Shown piece by piece: positions 63,301 through 64,000 of a stretch of 64,000 bases of DNA. The stretch is taken from the NCBI GenBank assembly GCA_028826165.1, contig JAPDFW010000083.1, positions 186,001 to 250,000 on the forward strand, in the 5' to 3' direction. The translations under genes and the position numbers were made by a program. The notes beneath the pieces were generated by a model. It was given only the letters and a program-made list of their open reading frames with translations, was not told the DNA's origin and made no database searches. The DNA is from Anaeramoeba ignava BMAN (lineage: Eukaryota; Protista; Anaeramoebae). Positions within the stretch are counted from its first letter, which is position 1. Each line of letters begins with the position of its first letter.

Positions 63301-64000
63301 TTTGTGTTAATTGATAGAATGTTGCAAGATAATATATCAACAAATGGCAAGAATATTGATCTTTAACAAAAATTCTTGTGAATCTATCGTGTCCAGCAAT
63401 ATAGTTCACAAATACAGAAATGAGCTCAGGAAAATCATGGAATTGAAGCGAAAAAATGATTATTTTCCAGATTAGTTGATAAAGAAGTGTTCTTGGTTTT
63501 AGAATAATCACTCGATTCGATGTGAATTTTGTTGTTTGATCAAAAAATGTTGTGAGAAGATAAATCACTGTTTGGATAAAATAAATATCTTCATTTTTAA
63601 ATGTTTCGATTTTCTGTTCGAAAATTAAATCTGAAATGAATTTGATCACAAAATTGGAAATGAATTTGGAAAACTCGATACAATTTACTTGTGATTGTTC
63701 GAGTAAGTCTTTTTTTGTGGAAAATATTTGGCTTATGTGAGATAATATATCAATGATAACTTTCTGATAAATTTTGACTTGATCGAGAATTTGAGGTGGA
63801 GTAAGAAGTTCGGAAATGATTAAGTTTATTGGGATACTTAACTTTTCAGATAGGTTTATGACAATATATCGAGAAACTGCAACTATAAATGACCATAATT
63901 CGTCTTCTATTTTTTGGATATTTTGAAGTGTGTTATCAAGGTGTTCTTGTTGGAAAATGGATTTAATTGATTTTGTGTTAGAATTTTCTATATTAGAAAC
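60353..64000 (-). CDS. PH-BEACH-WD40 protein (5' partial; BEACH shortened)
   Basis: W..WKISNFAYLMHLNTASGRTFND.SQYP.FP, EIIPEFF, LESEYVS.NLHSWIDLVFG, PKQLF..PHP.R and WD40 GHSSQIT...TGSADSTVIIWD. The frame appears to continue upstream of 63649. Confidence 0.9.
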   Translation of the reverse strand, partial: VSNIENSNTKSIKSIFQQEHLDNTLQNIQKIEDELWSFIVAVSRYIVINLSEKLSIPINLIISELLTPPQILDQVKIYQKVIIDILSHISQIFSTKKDLLEQSQVNCIEFSKFISNFVIKFISDLIFEQKIETFKNEDIYFIQTVIYLLTTFFDQTTKFTSNRVIILKPRTLLYQLIWKIIIFSLQFHDFPELISVFVNYIAGHDRFTRIFVKDQYSCHLLIYYLATFYQLTQKDVLKSKVNYIFSSISNTKNFKKQMMVIKEGIDPTFRDQFIFKLDDQIIEQFKVNSLELYAKKMDLGLENFSDFMKDQENKILERKADIKKKVDFLRIQGTRSIRIKTEKLIHLTQKRWENRIFREHKISREWQKIIKEMTHIRAVWSRNQSPNMFSCYFPHQIENSDRKKCRLRTVFLPNETKPPQFLDNQNSQYSAQDEKQPTKLAKVQIFFISRLMLSKKQKQNKIVRLEINLLNQNLVKEKEQETVSIEQKISSSNLIHQLQNFGYSYSTPEIAQIFEKKNSKKYQISQMEKIIRKKHCLYKSLYFDIPSTVVLTQRCIYIFLDQLHEINSKFQGIPCQIFQQRYRIKNSNLNAVYQRKYKGEDAAIEILCKNRETHLLAFGSNEDRNDILKSILLEKPKACQTDKIFSSDQDFNSRKSIGFLWKNWKISNFAYLMHLNTASGRTFNDHSQYPLFPNINHRAFSTSTHCFPPPDEYFNPALAHLLAIPAFSNITEVSENIRNAKLQYAKFLVENRSPPTLKSIHEIIPEFFFLPEIFSSNQKFSDQIIQNEIDPRLMVQTNSEILESEYVSDNLHSWIDLVFGISRPDAKNIESEDPNEISETNTKNAFYCPPKQLFTMPHPKRKTISSITQTGVSDPESESESHQKEKQEIKEKKSFSMAQNKLSVKALTHRMDEEKSMIATYMADLIPVVIQKVEFPIHLIFSLENKLHFLKENQVILLPNKTHVLSWKPLQSQFTISSLDSPNHYHEEIPENDSIKCCVCCPGGNFVFGGGESGVLFVWKLFHFEEKPPRLKFKRPLSGHSSQITAITCSREYGIIVTGSADSTVIIWDINDLAVCYSLDQQKGTITCLAINPSNADILVFNSLGTPSNQVAGLLSLWTINGELVTQVEIEDRDIVCSAVFTHGVVGFYKNVIFTGMKSGAIFVWDCLNLSFISKLGHKDIHQFPVTALFLSSDLQTLISADNHGNVNELSLIKK

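Noticed and set aside
1-64000. Alternative genetic code or an autonomous mobile element
   Set aside because: Conserved genes translate cleanly and end in TAA or TGA, and no transposase, reverse transcriptase or integrase motifs were seen.

Overview
Very AT-rich, intron-containing eukaryotic (protist) genomic DNA using the standard code. The Asn/Gln low-complexity tracts, microsatellite-filled introns and TCATT motifs just upstream of most ATGs suggest an anaerobic metamonad such as Anaeramoeba, but this identification is inference only. About 18 genes lie in the window: a Dilute-domain protein (5' partial), a USP4/11/15-like deubiquitinase, ORC1, MCMBP, an AIG1/ADTRP-like protein, FIG4, an LRR protein, a PTC7-like PP2C, a GPAT3/9-like acyltransferase, a hypothetical protein, a tandem dead+live M28/M42 peptidase, bleomycin hydrolase, an MBOAT, a Grx5-like protein, a BTB-TLDc protein, an aftiphilin-like repeat protein, a giant membrane/FN3/GAR protein and a BEACH-WD40 protein (5' partial). 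There are also two near-nucleosome-length satellite arrays. Many ORFs are broken at homopolymer runs, probably from assembly indels. The main highlights are: (1) a U12-type AT-AC intron in FIG4, implying a minor spliceosome; (2) a predicted ~3,700-aa protein joining a DUF5765-like multi-pass membrane domain to charged repeats, FN3 domains and a GAR microtubule-binding domain; (3) an organelle-type Grx5 with no cysteine, CGFS replaced by HGYN; (4) two related stem-loop elements, each heading a block of ~143-bp satellite.
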